A stretch of DNA of 64,000 nucleotides from positions 28,861 to 92,860 of IMG/VR virus record IMGVR_UViG_2627853687_000001; one strand, 5' to 3'. Shown here piece after piece: positions 28,036 through 37,085 of this stretch. Source of the DNA: a virus. Taxonomy: Duplodnaviria > Caudoviricetes. Position numbers and translations under genes: made by a program. Within the stretch, counting starts at the first letter, position 1; each line of letters begins with the position of its first letter. Below the pieces are notes generated by a model. That model was not told where the DNA came from and made no database searches. It saw only the letters and a program-made list of their open reading frames with translations.

Positions 28036-28134
28036 GCACACTATATCTGCCGTGCTGATAAATTCAATATGTCTCATGTGAAATTAACCACTGGTCATTA
28101 GATCCAGACGAGATTAAAGAATCGCTAACCCCAT

Positions 28135-28155
28135 AAATTACAACCTTTCTACCAT
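28135..28155 (+). promoter_or_regulatory. late-promoter motif upstream of pro
   Basis: AAATTACAACCTTTCTACCAT. Confidence 0.65.
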
Positions 28156-28225
28156 CCCACCGTGCAGGCAATCGCCAGCGCTGCCGCCGCTTTTCGGGGC
28201 ATCCCAACGAATTTAAGAGGAAGTT

Positions 28226-29227
28226 ATGGAAGCACTCCGCACGGTAACGGATCGTTTTTCCCTGATTGATAAAATCCGCCGCTTTACTCCACAGAATGAC
28301 CGCAATTACCTGCTGCGATCGGTGCGCGAAACGTTCGCCAGCCCGGAAACTCAGGAGCGCATTCAGCTGGGGGAAATGTTCGGCTATTACGGCCACGGAC
28401 GTCGCGCCGCATATTACGCGAAGACCGGACGGCTAAACCTGCCGGAATTTGCAGTCGTCATGATTGACGGTAAGCCGGTCACGCTGGAAAACGTACCATC
28501 AAACCGCACGCTGGAGGCCAGCGTGGATGATAACGGCATCGTGACTCACATTCAGGAGATTCTGGACACCGAGCCCGGCAACATCGTTGACGGCATGAAC
28601 CGTTCCCGCGCTGGTGGCTGGTCATGGGCGACTGGCGGCGACGATAACGCCATTTCAAAAGTGACAAGCTTTCACGGCTTCGACTATGTGACCAATCCAA
28701 ACTATATCAGCCAGGATCACCCCGCTCTGCTGCTGGAATCGGCCAATGAACGTGCCGACGCAATGCATGCGGGGCTAATGGAAAAGGGGTATTCAGAAAA
28801 TCAGGCGGCTGACATTATCCAGCACTTTGAAACCCTGCGTAGCCAGACGGCCATGCTGGAATCGGCGGATTCTTCGCTGCTGGAATCGGCGCTCCACATC
28901 GAGCACGGCAAGCGTCTGGAGCTGGAGGAACGTCTGCGCAGCGTGCAACTGATGATCGAGAGTGCAGGCACCGTGGCAAAGGCGCGACGTCGGATTATGA
29001 AGGATGCTCTGGCTAACATGCCGCTGTTTTTAAGTAAAGCCCAGCAGACGGCATTATGCCGTATGGACACGCCTGAAGACGCGCAGATTGTCGCTGCAAT
29101 GTTGGAATCAATCGGCACAAATGCGACGGCAACACTGCCAATCGGATCAGCCCACCAGCACACATTACCGCAAACGCGCCCGCCAGCTGTGGACTCAACA
29201 CCACTGCTATGGATTAACCCAAAATAA
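28226..29227 (+). CDS. pro: prohead protease
   Basis: GYYGHG (His), GGWSWA (Ser), GFDYVTNPNY; follows the portal in P1 gene order. Confidence 0.88.
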   Translation: MEALRTVTDRFSLIDKIRRFTPQNDRNYLLRSVRETFASPETQERIQLGEMFGYYGHGRRAAYYAKTGRLNLPEFAVVMIDGKPVTLENVPSNRTLEASVDDNGIVTHIQEILDTEPGNIVDGMNRSRAGGWSWATGGDDNAISKVTSFHGFDYVTNPNYISQDHPALLLESANERADAMHAGLMEKGYSENQAADIIQHFETLRSQTAMLESADSSLLESALHIEHGKRLELEERLRSVQLMIESAGTVAKARRRIMKDALANMPLFLSKAQQTALCRMDTPEDAQIVAAMLESIGTNATATLPIGSAHQHTLPQTRPPAVDSTPLLWINPK

Positions 29228-29239
29228 TTAGGCAGGAAG

Positions 29240-29271
29240 AAAATCGTGCCCTGAAAACTGGGGCACGTTTT
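29240..29271. terminator. terminator after pro
   Basis: aaaatcgtgccc-tgaaaactg-gggcacgtttt. Confidence 0.65.
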
Positions 29272-29304
29272 AGTCAAAACTAAAAATTAGGAAAAAACTG
29301 AGTG

Positions 29305-29611
29305 TTGATCCTTTTTCGGATCGCGTTTATCATCCGCGCTCAAATTCAGTTTGACGACTGAATGAGAAGACGAAAAAAAATCGCCTGTTGACGCAGACGA
29401 TTTTTAAACAACTTTGTGTGGTCTTCGACAACCACACCGGCGTTGTGCCGTTCAACTTCTTTGGTCGGAAGTTGCCCTTAATTCCCCGTAGCAAGGTACC
29501 CCTAGCAAGGAACCGAAATGATTAGAGCCACAAAAACAAAAGTGACAACAATCACCGACTGGAAGGAACCAAAAGCGTGTCTATAGTAGCTAATAGCGCC
29601 GATCCCGGCAA
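29305..29611. promoter_or_regulatory. repL leader with sense promoter, hairpins and antisense promoter
   Basis: Plus strand TTGATC-17-TATCAT (29305-29333); minus strand TTGCCG-17-TACTAT (29611-29583); bidirectional terminator-like hairpin at 29373-29405. Confidence 0.65.
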
Positions 29612-30470
29612 CACTTTTCCCGCATATCGCTCAAATAACGAGCACAGATCTATCCGAATTTCCGGCTTCAATCTCACTCACATAATCGAACTTTCCCCAC
29701 TACCAAAATCACTTACACGCGTTTTGAAATTTGCCTGCAACCTGGCTGGTTCAACATCTGACTTCATCATCGTTAAGTCACTCAGAAATCTGGCTGAAGA
29801 TGCGGGGTGCAGTATCTCTACCGTTCAGCGCGCTTATCGCTTAGCCGTCAAGCTGGGTATCCTCAGCTATGAAGAACAGCGAGACGCTAAAAATCATAGC
29901 GTCAGCAAGCCCAGTAAATACAAATTCACCAGCAAAGCGCTGTCGTTTGTTCGTGCAAGTCTGGATGCACTGAAAGAAGCCAATCTGGAGCCTTCCGGAC
30001 GTCAAACTATTGTCAGGAAAGTTGTTGCTAAAGTATTCTTTAAAAACGATTTTTTTCACGTCATCCCTAGTCAAAATGAACAGGCCACCCCTGGTCAAAG
30101 TGACCAACAAGAAGTAAGAGATCACTCCAGTAAAAGAAAAATATTAAATGTGGAACCATCAAATTCTGACACGCTGGAAATGACTACAGACAAGCCTGAG
30201 ACGTCAGCACCTGCTAAAAAGTTTGGTTTTTATCAGAATACACAGAAGCAATTGGCAGCCGCATCGTCAGCTGCACAGAGCGAACGTCGCGCAGAAGAAT
30301 TTCAGCGCAAAGGCGGAATACTGCATGAAGCGTATCAGGCGTTGAAGTCCAGTTTTAAAACTAAGTCCACTGGTGATCGAAGCCCAAAAAGCCGCCGCTA
30401 TGTTGACTCGTTAAGCGGCGACTACTCAAACGTTGACTATGCGATCCCTGAAGGCTGGCGCGGCTGTTAG
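29577..30470 (+). CDS. repL: RepL lytic replication initiator
   Basis: SGFNL...NLA.STS.F.I.KS...LAEDAGCSISTVQRA...V.LGIL...Y.FT HTH and C-terminal AIPEGWRG match P1 RepL. Confidence 0.88.
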   Translation: MSIVANSADPGNTFPAYRSNNEHRSIRISGFNLTHIIELSPLPKSLTRVLKFACNLAGSTSDFIIVKSLRNLAEDAGCSISTVQRAYRLAVKLGILSYEEQRDAKNHSVSKPSKYKFTSKALSFVRASLDALKEANLEPSGRQTIVRKVVAKVFFKNDFFHVIPSQNEQATPGQSDQQEVRDHSSKRKILNVEPSNSDTLEMTTDKPETSAPAKKFGFYQNTQKQLAAASSAAQSERRAEEFQRKGGILHEAYQALKSSFKTKSTGDRSPKSRRYVDSLSGDYSNVDYAIPEGWRGC

Positions 30471-30958
30471 TCGGTAATTACACCTCCGGCTTTCTGGTAG
30501 GCATTGAGTAGCGTCTCAATGGCATGCGTTTTCTGACCATACGGCGATCCGGTCAGTGAGGCCCAGATATCGTTAGTTTTACCAATTGCCGTGCGGATAC
30601 GTCCGGCCAGTACGTCAGCATAAGCACCCTGCTCTTTCAGCAGCTGATCGAGTAAGCGCTCTTGTGAGGCAGGACTAAAATCAGGCAAGTTCAGCTGTTT
30701 TTTGTAGGCAGGCCAGTAGCGGTAAAGCTGCTGATAACGACCCGCTGCGGTGGATGCCAGGCCATGGTTGTTAAGCTCTTTTGCACGGCGATGTGTAAAC
30801 GGGTGATCGCTGAAGTCGGTAAAGACTTCGCCCTGCTTTTCGCCCAGCCCTGTCACAATGACGTCATAGCCATTCATGCGGGTTAACGGGTGTGTGCTTG
30901 TGCCTTCGGAAAAGGCCAGCATGTCGCCAAAGGCTATACGATTTGGGGATTGATCCAT
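30467..30958 (-). CDS. lambda R-type endolysin (lytic transglycosylase)
   Basis: AFGDMLAFSEGT, GYDVIV, FTDFSDHP, STAAGRYQ, DFSPASQ, WASL.GSPYGQ; start MDQSP follows a late promoter. Confidence 0.92.
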   Translation of the reverse strand: MDQSPNRIAFGDMLAFSEGTSTHPLTRMNGYDVIVTGLGEKQGEVFTDFSDHPFTHRRAKELNNHGLASTAAGRYQQLYRYWPAYKKQLNLPDFSPASQERLLDQLLKEQGAYADVLAGRIRTAIGKTNDIWASLTGSPYGQKTHAIETLLNAYQKAGGVITD

Positions 30959-30992
30959 GGTGGTTCCGCTCTCTGTGTTGATGAAGAGCCGG

Positions 30993-31013
30993 ACTGTATG
31001 AAGTTTGTAATTT
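30993..31013 (-). promoter_or_regulatory. late-promoter motif upstream of endolysin
   Basis: AAATTACAAACTTCATACAGT. Confidence 0.75.
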
Positions 31014-31049
31014 GCAGTGGTTGAAAAAAAGACCGCATTGCGCGGCAAT

Positions 31050-32307
31050 CGTATGTTGGCTCATAGCGGACATTAAGCAACTACCGTCCGCTATGTGCCA
31101 GAAGTGGAAGTTGCTAACCTTCTATTGGTAAGCATAAAAAATACCTGCCTTCCGAGGAGGAGGGCAGGTATAAAACGCGATGGTAGCGTATTGTGCTGTT
31201 ATATAGTTTTCGATGTTGTGAGGAAGACGCCTGGCAATCCCGTCAGACATCCTCCCGTCACTGAGCGGTAGGAGCGCTCACCTATGACACAACACTATCT
31301 ATATTAATTACTTAAGAGTCAGTCGCAAGCGTAAGCGGTAAATTGATTAAAACCCGACGGAAAAAAACTGGCGAGGGACCGACATGTACCGCGCCCATCT
31401 CTGCAGGCTTAGTGATGGGTGATTCGAAAAGGTCCGGCATATCTGCTTTGTGCCAGAAGCGGACGTTAACTTTGTTCAATGTATCACTCCTGAAATTGGA
31501 CAGAACAATTTTCAACCACACGTGTTTCTGTTTTCCGTTCAGAGTGGAAAAATCATTGCATATTAATGGGGTGTGTTTATTTTTGGTGCTTAAATCAACA
31601 GCATATATGGCTCTTTAATGATGCAAGTGATACTTGTTCGACACGCTGAAACAGAGTGGAATGTTAAGGGCATTATTCAGGGACATTGTGATAGCGCATT
31701 GACTCGTCGGGGGGAGCGCCAAACATCAGCCTTACTGGCAGCGTTTTCAGCGAGTGATTACCATATAGAATGTGTTTACGCTTCTACACTTGCCCGAGCC
31801 TGGCACATGGGGCAGAGCCTGGCGGAGAACTTTGGTTGCTCACTGATAGCTGAGCCGGCTCTGAAAGAACAGTCATTTGGTCAGTTTGAAGGCATGACAA
31901 CCGTACAACTCCTGCAGCACAATCCGGACGCAGCAAAGGCGTTATTCAAACTTGATGCAGAGTATTGTCCGCCAGGGGGTGAGTCTCTCTCACTTGCATC
32001 GCAGCGAATTATGCATTTTTTATCCAATCTGGAAAAAAACCCACATCGTCAAACAATTTGTATTGTGTCTCACGGGCGGGTCATTCAGGGCGTGCTTGCG
32101 ATTCTAAAAAGTGGAGCTGTGGATGATTTTCACAGGTATGCACAACCCAACGCGAGTTACTCCGTTTTTGACCTGATTAATGGAAGATGTGTCGCTCTCA
32201 GGTGGGGAATTGCTACACATTTACGTCTGCTGGATTAGCCGTTACCTTTCAGTCATTCAAAGCTATCATGATTTAAGCACAGGGTCCGCTCTTCGCTCAA
32301 AGCAGAC
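31050..32307. repeat. dispersed ~24-bp imperfect palindromes GTCCGCT-N10-AGC(G/A)GAC
   Basis: Copies at ~31050-31074 (partial), 31086-31110, 31441-31465 and 32284-32307. Confidence 0.65.
31618..32238 (+). CDS. histidine phosphatase (GpmB/CobC family) moron
   Basis: RHAETEWN, LKEQSFGQFEG, PPGGES, VSHG motifs; lower GC; opposite strand to neighbours. Confidence 0.92.
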   Translation: MMQVILVRHAETEWNVKGIIQGHCDSALTRRGERQTSALLAAFSASDYHIECVYASTLARAWHMGQSLAENFGCSLIAEPALKEQSFGQFEGMTTVQLLQHNPDAAKALFKLDAEYCPPGGESLSLASQRIMHFLSNLEKNPHRQTICIVSHGRVIQGVLAILKSGAVDDFHRYAQPNASYSVFDLINGRCVALRWGIATHLRLLD

Positions 32308-32382
32308 GGTCAAATTTAATGATGTGATGCCAGTAAAACCGTCAGCTCAAGTCTGATCTGACGCATTATGAGCCATCAAAAA

Positions 32383-33759
32383 TTAGGCCTGTACAGGAGT
32401 GCTGACAGACTCGAACATGGCAAAGTTCAGGCCTTTTCCTTCACCAAATTCCTCTTCGATCTCCCCGGATACGGCGGTCAGGACGTCTGTCAGCGTCAGC
32501 TCACCGCCACCGAACATATCCCCCAGCGCCTGCTGCTGGTGTAACAACTCGTCGTTGATCATCTGCGCCATCTTTTTAAACGCGGCCCCGATACGTTTTG
32601 CGCTGCGGTTGTTTGCCACGATAAACAGCGCCAGCGCTTCGGCCTCTTTGCTGGATTCTTCAAATAATCCCTGCTGCGCCAGTACTTCCTGTATGGCCTG
32701 TCCGCTGTCTTTAGCCTGGCGAACCAGCTTGATAGCATCCTGCAACGCGGCGATTGCCTGCTGATCGAGACCATCAACCGACTGCACACCATCCACCAGC
32801 CCGGTGACGGCCTGCCGGTGAACGTCGCCGGATAGCATCTGCATCTGTGCAAACTCGCTTGCCGCCGTGTTGAGCGCTGTTAGGATATTGCGCATTTCCG
32901 GGTCCGGCTCTTCGGATACCAGCTTAACCAGCCGTTCGTCTTTGTAGGCACGGGCAAAGATCGCATTCTGCATGCGGTCAATCAGCTGCTTCGTCGGGCG
33001 CCCGTCTTCGGTCAGTAGGCCTGCGGTCGCTGTGTCGCCAATCTCTTTCATGAATGCCCGGATAAAGCCGTCGTTTGAGCGTGCCAGAAGGTTGCCGTCG
33101 TCGGACGGATTGAAGATGGCCATCAGACGCTCATCGAGCATTTCGGCATCGACAAAGGCCTTCTCACTCGCCGCCATTTCCTGCAAATCGGAGAGGTTGG
33201 AGTCTTTCGCAAACTGCGCACGGTCAACGTCGGTAATGCGCTCACGCACCAGTACCGGCATATCCATCTGCGCGATATCCGACGCTTTAAGGCCGAAATC
33301 TTTTGCGTGCTCAATCAGATACTGGCGGTACTCGTCGGCCTGCCCCTGCTCATAGGCGCGGGTGATCCCCATCGAGCGCCCGTTACCCGACTCAACCACG
33401 TTATCTGCGCCCACGATTGGCGCGCCGTGGCTGCTCATGCCTGAATCAGTCAGCTTTGCCGGTCGGAGGTTGCCCGCGATTTTAGATACCTGCACTTTAC
33501 TGGTCAGGCGCGTGCGGTCGCGTGGCTGCAACTCAGCCGGGAAAAGCGGGTTTATTGTGCCGTCGAGGTTGTTAGAAATAATCAGGTGGCGCGCATCAAC
33601 CACCTTAAACGCCGTCTTTACCTCCTGCCCTTTGCCGGTAACGACATATGACGATCGCCCCGTTGTGGTCTGTGCTTTACGCAGTGAGCCCACCAGCCCG
33701 ATCAGGGCAAATATGCTGCCAGCGTCGCTCAGCAGATTTCGTAATTTCTCGTTAAGCAT
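32383..33759 (-). CDS. ddrB: DdrB (short form, ParB-like domain only)
   Basis: LQPRDRTR, SSHGAPIVG, VESGNGR and QEMAASEKA match the P1 DdrB N-terminal half. Confidence 0.88.
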   Translation of the reverse strand: MLNEKLRNLLSDAGSIFALIGLVGSLRKAQTTTGRSSYVVTGKGQEVKTAFKVVDARHLIISNNLDGTINPLFPAELQPRDRTRLTSKVQVSKIAGNLRPAKLTDSGMSSHGAPIVGADNVVESGNGRSMGITRAYEQGQADEYRQYLIEHAKDFGLKASDIAQMDMPVLVRERITDVDRAQFAKDSNLSDLQEMAASEKAFVDAEMLDERLMAIFNPSDDGNLLARSNDGFIRAFMKEIGDTATAGLLTEDGRPTKQLIDRMQNAIFARAYKDERLVKLVSEEPDPEMRNILTALNTAASEFAQMQMLSGDVHRQAVTGLVDGVQSVDGLDQQAIAALQDAIKLVRQAKDSGQAIQEVLAQQGLFEESSKEAEALALFIVANNRSAKRIGAAFKKMAQMINDELLHQQQALGDMFGGGELTLTDVLTAVSGEIEEEFGEGKGLNFAMFESVSTPVQA

Positions 33760-33775
33760 TTTGTTCCCAGGAATA

Positions 33776-33797
33776 AAAACCCCGCCGAAACGGGGTT
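33776..33797 (-). terminator. terminator between ddrA and ddrB
   Basis: aacccc-gtttcggc-ggggtt + ttt on the minus strand. Confidence 0.65.
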
Positions 33798-33802
33798 GAT
33801 GT

Positions 33803-34198
33803 TTAAGCAGCGAGGCCGCTGGCGGCTATCCAGCTGGCGGTCTGTTGTCTCGCGTCGTCGAGCTCCAGATAAACGCCGATGTAGTCACCGACACGGCGCA
33901 GCGTCTCAACAAAATCCAGTTGCGCCTGGCTGATGAACTTACCGGCCAGAAAGTCAGTAACAACTTCGGGAACGGGCTGATCTTCCTTCACGGGTTCCGG
34001 CTGTGGCTCAGTGACCGGCGCGGGTGCCGGTTCGCTGGTGGCGGGTGCTGGCGCAACGCCATAACCCAGCTGGAGCATGATCGCCTCCATCTGGTCATTG
34101 AGATCCAGAAGGTCCAGCCCCTTAACAGTCGGGGCTTTGATAATCAGCTCGTCCAGCTGGTCGGCTAAATCCAGCTTTTGCAGTGCGGTTAAGGTCAT
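33803..34198 (-). CDS. ddrA: DdrA
   Basis: MTLTALQKLDLADQLDEL...LDLNDQME.IM.QLGYG...QTASWIAA matches P1 DdrA. Confidence 0.85.
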   Translation of the reverse strand: MTLTALQKLDLADQLDELIIKAPTVKGLDLLDLNDQMEAIMLQLGYGVAPAPATSEPAPAPVTEPQPEPVKEDQPVPEVVTDFLAGKFISQAQLDFVETLRRVGDYIGVYLELDDARQQTASWIAASGLAA

Positions 34199-36471
34199 GC
34201 GGCCACCCCGTTACGCTGCACGGCCACCAGCAGATCGCTAAGATGCTGCACGGCGTCATTGACCAGCGATTCGTTTTCATCGAATACACCCGCGGCCGTC
34301 AGTGCGGCAATGGCCTCACGGACCTGGGTACGGCCAGCACGGATCACGTCCATATCGTCGGTATCGAGCGAAGTCAGCCCCTGAAGGTAATCAATCGCCT
34401 TCTGCGCCTGGGTGTCTGCTTCCGGCACTGGCTCAGGCTGCGGTTCTGGTTGTGGCTCTGGCTGCGGGGCTGGCTCTGGCTCAGAGGTGCTTAGTTCCTC
34501 CACCAGCGGAATACGCTTGCCGGTGATCATCGCGGCTTCTACAGCCTTCAGATAATCAGGGCTTTGATTAACCTCCACATAGTCCGCCGCTTGCTTCATC
34601 TGATCACTGCCATAACCCAGCGCTTCGGCCCAGGCATTTACCAAGTCTGACGCCCAGCCTACAAGATCGCCCAAGCGTTTCGCCGCCATCCAGAACGGGT
34701 CTATGTTTTCACGATCGTCAGTCACGTCGGTCTCCTCCTGCTTTGGTTCACCTGCTGCAAGGATCTGCAATCTGGCGTTAATGGCCTGATTGAAATAGGT
34801 CAGGTCTTCACCTTCCGGGTAGGCCACGCCAGTCAGGTTTTTACGGGCAACCATGCGCACCTGTTTTGCGTAGGTGTCCGGGTCTTCTGAGAACATTTCC
34901 AGATACTGTGCGGCGTAATCGCTCATCTTGTCGGCCACGTTTACGGCCAGCGCATCGAGATCCGCATGCGTAGGGATCAGCTTCAGCTCAAAGTCAGCAA
35001 TCTCTTTGTCAGTAAGCGGACGGTCGTAGGAAATAATGCCGTTACGCGCAACGCCGCTGTATGGCAGGCCTTCTGCTGGCTGGTCTGCAACGGAAGCATA
35101 TTCAGGCGGTACCGCGCCGATACCCACTGGCCGGTTTACCAGCGCATAGCGCCAGACGGCTGCGGGTGTGACAGGTTGTGGCTCTGGCTGTGGTTCTGAT
35201 TGCGGCTCTGGTTGTGGCTCTGGCTGTGGTTCTGATTGCGGCTCTGGTTGTGGCTCTGGCTGTGGTTCTGATTGCGGCTCTGGCTGTGGTTCTGGTTGCG
35301 GCGCCGGTTCAGGTTGTGGCTCCTGCGTCAAAACTGGCTCAGCACTGACACGGTATTTATCCGCCGCGCCGGCGCGGTAGGCCTTCAGCAGTTTGGTAGC
35401 CGCTTTACCCATATCCCCGCCCTGGCTGGATTTGGACGGCATTTCAAACGTGGTCCCGTCCGCTTCGGTGATGATCACCTTGCCTTCGAGCTCGCCGTCC
35501 GGGTCATAGCTGTGATAGCGGACGGTCGCGCCATTGCTCAGAGTCGCCTGCCCGTCCATGTTCAGCCGCGCTTTAACCTGGATAGTGCGGTCGCTGAAAG
35601 TGTCCGTGTTTTCAGGCTCACTGGCTTTCGCTTGCTGCAACGCCGCCAGCTGGCCGGTAAGGTCGGCATTGATCTGGCGCTGGGCTGCGACTTTGCCGCG
35701 CAGCGTCTGCTCATTATCCTGCTGCATCTGCACGCGTGCGGTCTGTGTATCCACCACTTCCAGCAGTGCAGACTGCTGATCTGCCAGCTTGTCCGTTTCG
35801 GCCTGTGTGGTTTCCACTTCTGCGCGTAACTTCGTCTGTGCATCCTTCTGCTTTGTGAACTTGCCGCTATTCTTCTCAATCAGGTTGGAAAGCGCCTGAG
35901 TGACCTGCTGCAGCGACACATCCCGTCCACTGATGGGGGCCACAATGTGTGTCACGTCGCGCTTATTGATCAGGAACTGAAACGCCACCAGCGTATCCTG
36001 ATTGCGGATCTTGCCGTTGTCAGCGGTCGGAGAGTGGAACACCAGCGACACGCTCTGCCCGTCTGATAATGGAATCAGCGCACTCATAACCGGTATGCTG
36101 GCCACACGGCGAACCTTACCAATCACCGCGCCGCCCACGGTTTTTTGCCCGGTAGTATCAGCGCCGGCATCGTCAGTACCGGCGCTAATATTGGTCCCGT
36201 TCAGGCCACGGTTTAACGCTTTCACAAAGGCACGCATGGTCTGCGCCAGACGCATGCGCTCAGTGCTGATCGCCTCAAACATCGCACCCGGCACCAGACT
36301 TTCATTTCCCAGGTAGGTGTGATCTATATCGTCGATAGTGGCGCTTTCCAGCATCATATCCGCGCTGCTGCCGGTCATCAGGCCGTCATAAACCGCCTGC
36401 GCCAGCACTGCGCCCGGTGTGCGGCTCTGGAGGTCCAGCACCATACGGTTGCTTAAAATCTCATTCATCAT
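34195..36471 (-). CDS. darA: DarA antirestriction/head morphogenesis protein
   Basis: DarA_N (LSDGQSVSLVFHSPT...FLINKRDVTHIVAP), coiled coil, DarA_C-like YAL..RP.GIGAVP...YDRPLT. Confidence 0.92.
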   Translation of the reverse strand: MMNEILSNRMVLDLQSRTPGAVLAQAVYDGLMTGSSADMMLESATIDDIDHTYLGNESLVPGAMFEAISTERMRLAQTMRAFVKALNRGLNGTNISAGTDDAGADTTGQKTVGGAVIGKVRRVASIPVMSALIPLSDGQSVSLVFHSPTADNGKIRNQDTLVAFQFLINKRDVTHIVAPISGRDVSLQQVTQALSNLIEKNSGKFTKQKDAQTKLRAEVETTQAETDKLADQQSALLEVVDTQTARVQMQQDNEQTLRGKVAAQRQINADLTGQLAALQQAKASEPENTDTFSDRTIQVKARLNMDGQATLSNGATVRYHSYDPDGELEGKVIITEADGTTFEMPSKSSQGGDMGKAATKLLKAYRAGAADKYRVSAEPVLTQEPQPEPAPQPEPQPEPQSEPQPEPQPEPQSEPQPEPQPEPQSEPQPEPQPVTPAAVWRYALVNRPVGIGAVPPEYASVADQPAEGLPYSGVARNGIISYDRPLTDKEIADFELKLIPTHADLDALAVNVADKMSDYAAQYLEMFSEDPDTYAKQVRMVARKNLTGVAYPEGEDLTYFNQAINARLQILAAGEPKQEETDVTDDRENIDPFWMAAKRLGDLVGWASDLVNAWAEALGYGSDQMKQAADYVEVNQSPDYLKAVEAAMITGKRIPLVEELSTSEPEPAPQPEPQPEPQPEPVPEADTQAQKAIDYLQGLTSLDTDDMDVIRAGRTQVREAIAALTAAGVFDENESLVNDAVQHLSDLLVAVQRNGVAA
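35174..35321. repeat. coding tandem repeat (EPQP)n in darA
   Basis: Three exact 36-bp units ggttgtggctctggctgtggttctgattgcggctct (35174-35281) plus degenerate copies. Confidence 0.9.
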
Positions 36472-37085
36472 GCTGCCTCTTCCAGTTGGGCGATCTGCTC
36501 TTTCAGCTGGCGGGTGATCGCCTGCTCCTGATTAAGCTCGGTCTGTAAGCTGTCCGCGTTTTTCTGTGCCGCATCGGCATCCCGCGTCAGCTGGTCAGCC
36601 TTCGCCTGGGTGTCTGCGATACCCGCTTTATAGGCGTCACGCTGCTGGCGCACTTCGGCCAGCAGCTGAACTGACGATTTCACGCCGCGTTTTGGCTGCG
36701 GTGTGTCGTCCTTGCTGGCGGCGACACGTGCCATCTTGCGCGCCAGCGCCTTCTGAAATGCCGTCGAGCCTTTCTTAAACAGCGCGGCCAGCTGGCGGCC
36801 GAGATCGGGGATTGTGGTGACGTGGGTAAATGGCACGTTTTTCCCGTTCAGCTTCAGGCCGGAAATGTCGCCGCTATCGTTGACCTGCACGGTCATGACC
36901 TGCTCATCCATACCGGTGAGGCTGAAGGTTTTAGTGGGTACACCATCCTTTTTACGGGCTGCGCCGGCGGCGGTGATTTTGGCTACCTCAAAGCCGCTGG
37001 TGGCGATCGCCTTTTTCAGCTTCGCCAGGCCCTTCTCGTTGAGCTCGTCAAAGCTCAGCAGGACATAGGTCTTAGGATTCGACAC
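36468..37085 (-). CDS. hdf: Hdf, DarA-associated head protein
   Basis: FDELNEKGL, QVNDSGDISGLKLNGK, C-terminal coiled coil; lydB-hdf-darA synteny. Confidence 0.85.
   Translation of the reverse strand: MSNPKTYVLLSFDELNEKGLAKLKKAIATSGFEVAKITAAGAARKKDGVPTKTFSLTGMDEQVMTVQVNDSGDISGLKLNGKNVPFTHVTTIPDLGRQLAALFKKGSTAFQKALARKMARVAASKDDTPQPKRGVKSSVQLLAEVRQQRDAYKAGIADTQAKADQLTRDADAAQKNADSLQTELNQEQAITRQLKEQIAQLEEAA

Noticed and set aside
31312-31618. ORFs 31312-31521 and 31343-31618
   Set aside because: They span the palindromic repeat and promoter region, with no SD or protein-like features.
35168-35380. Cys/Gly-rich (CGSG)n ORF as a metallothionein
   Set aside because: It is the antisense shadow of the EPQP repeat in darA.
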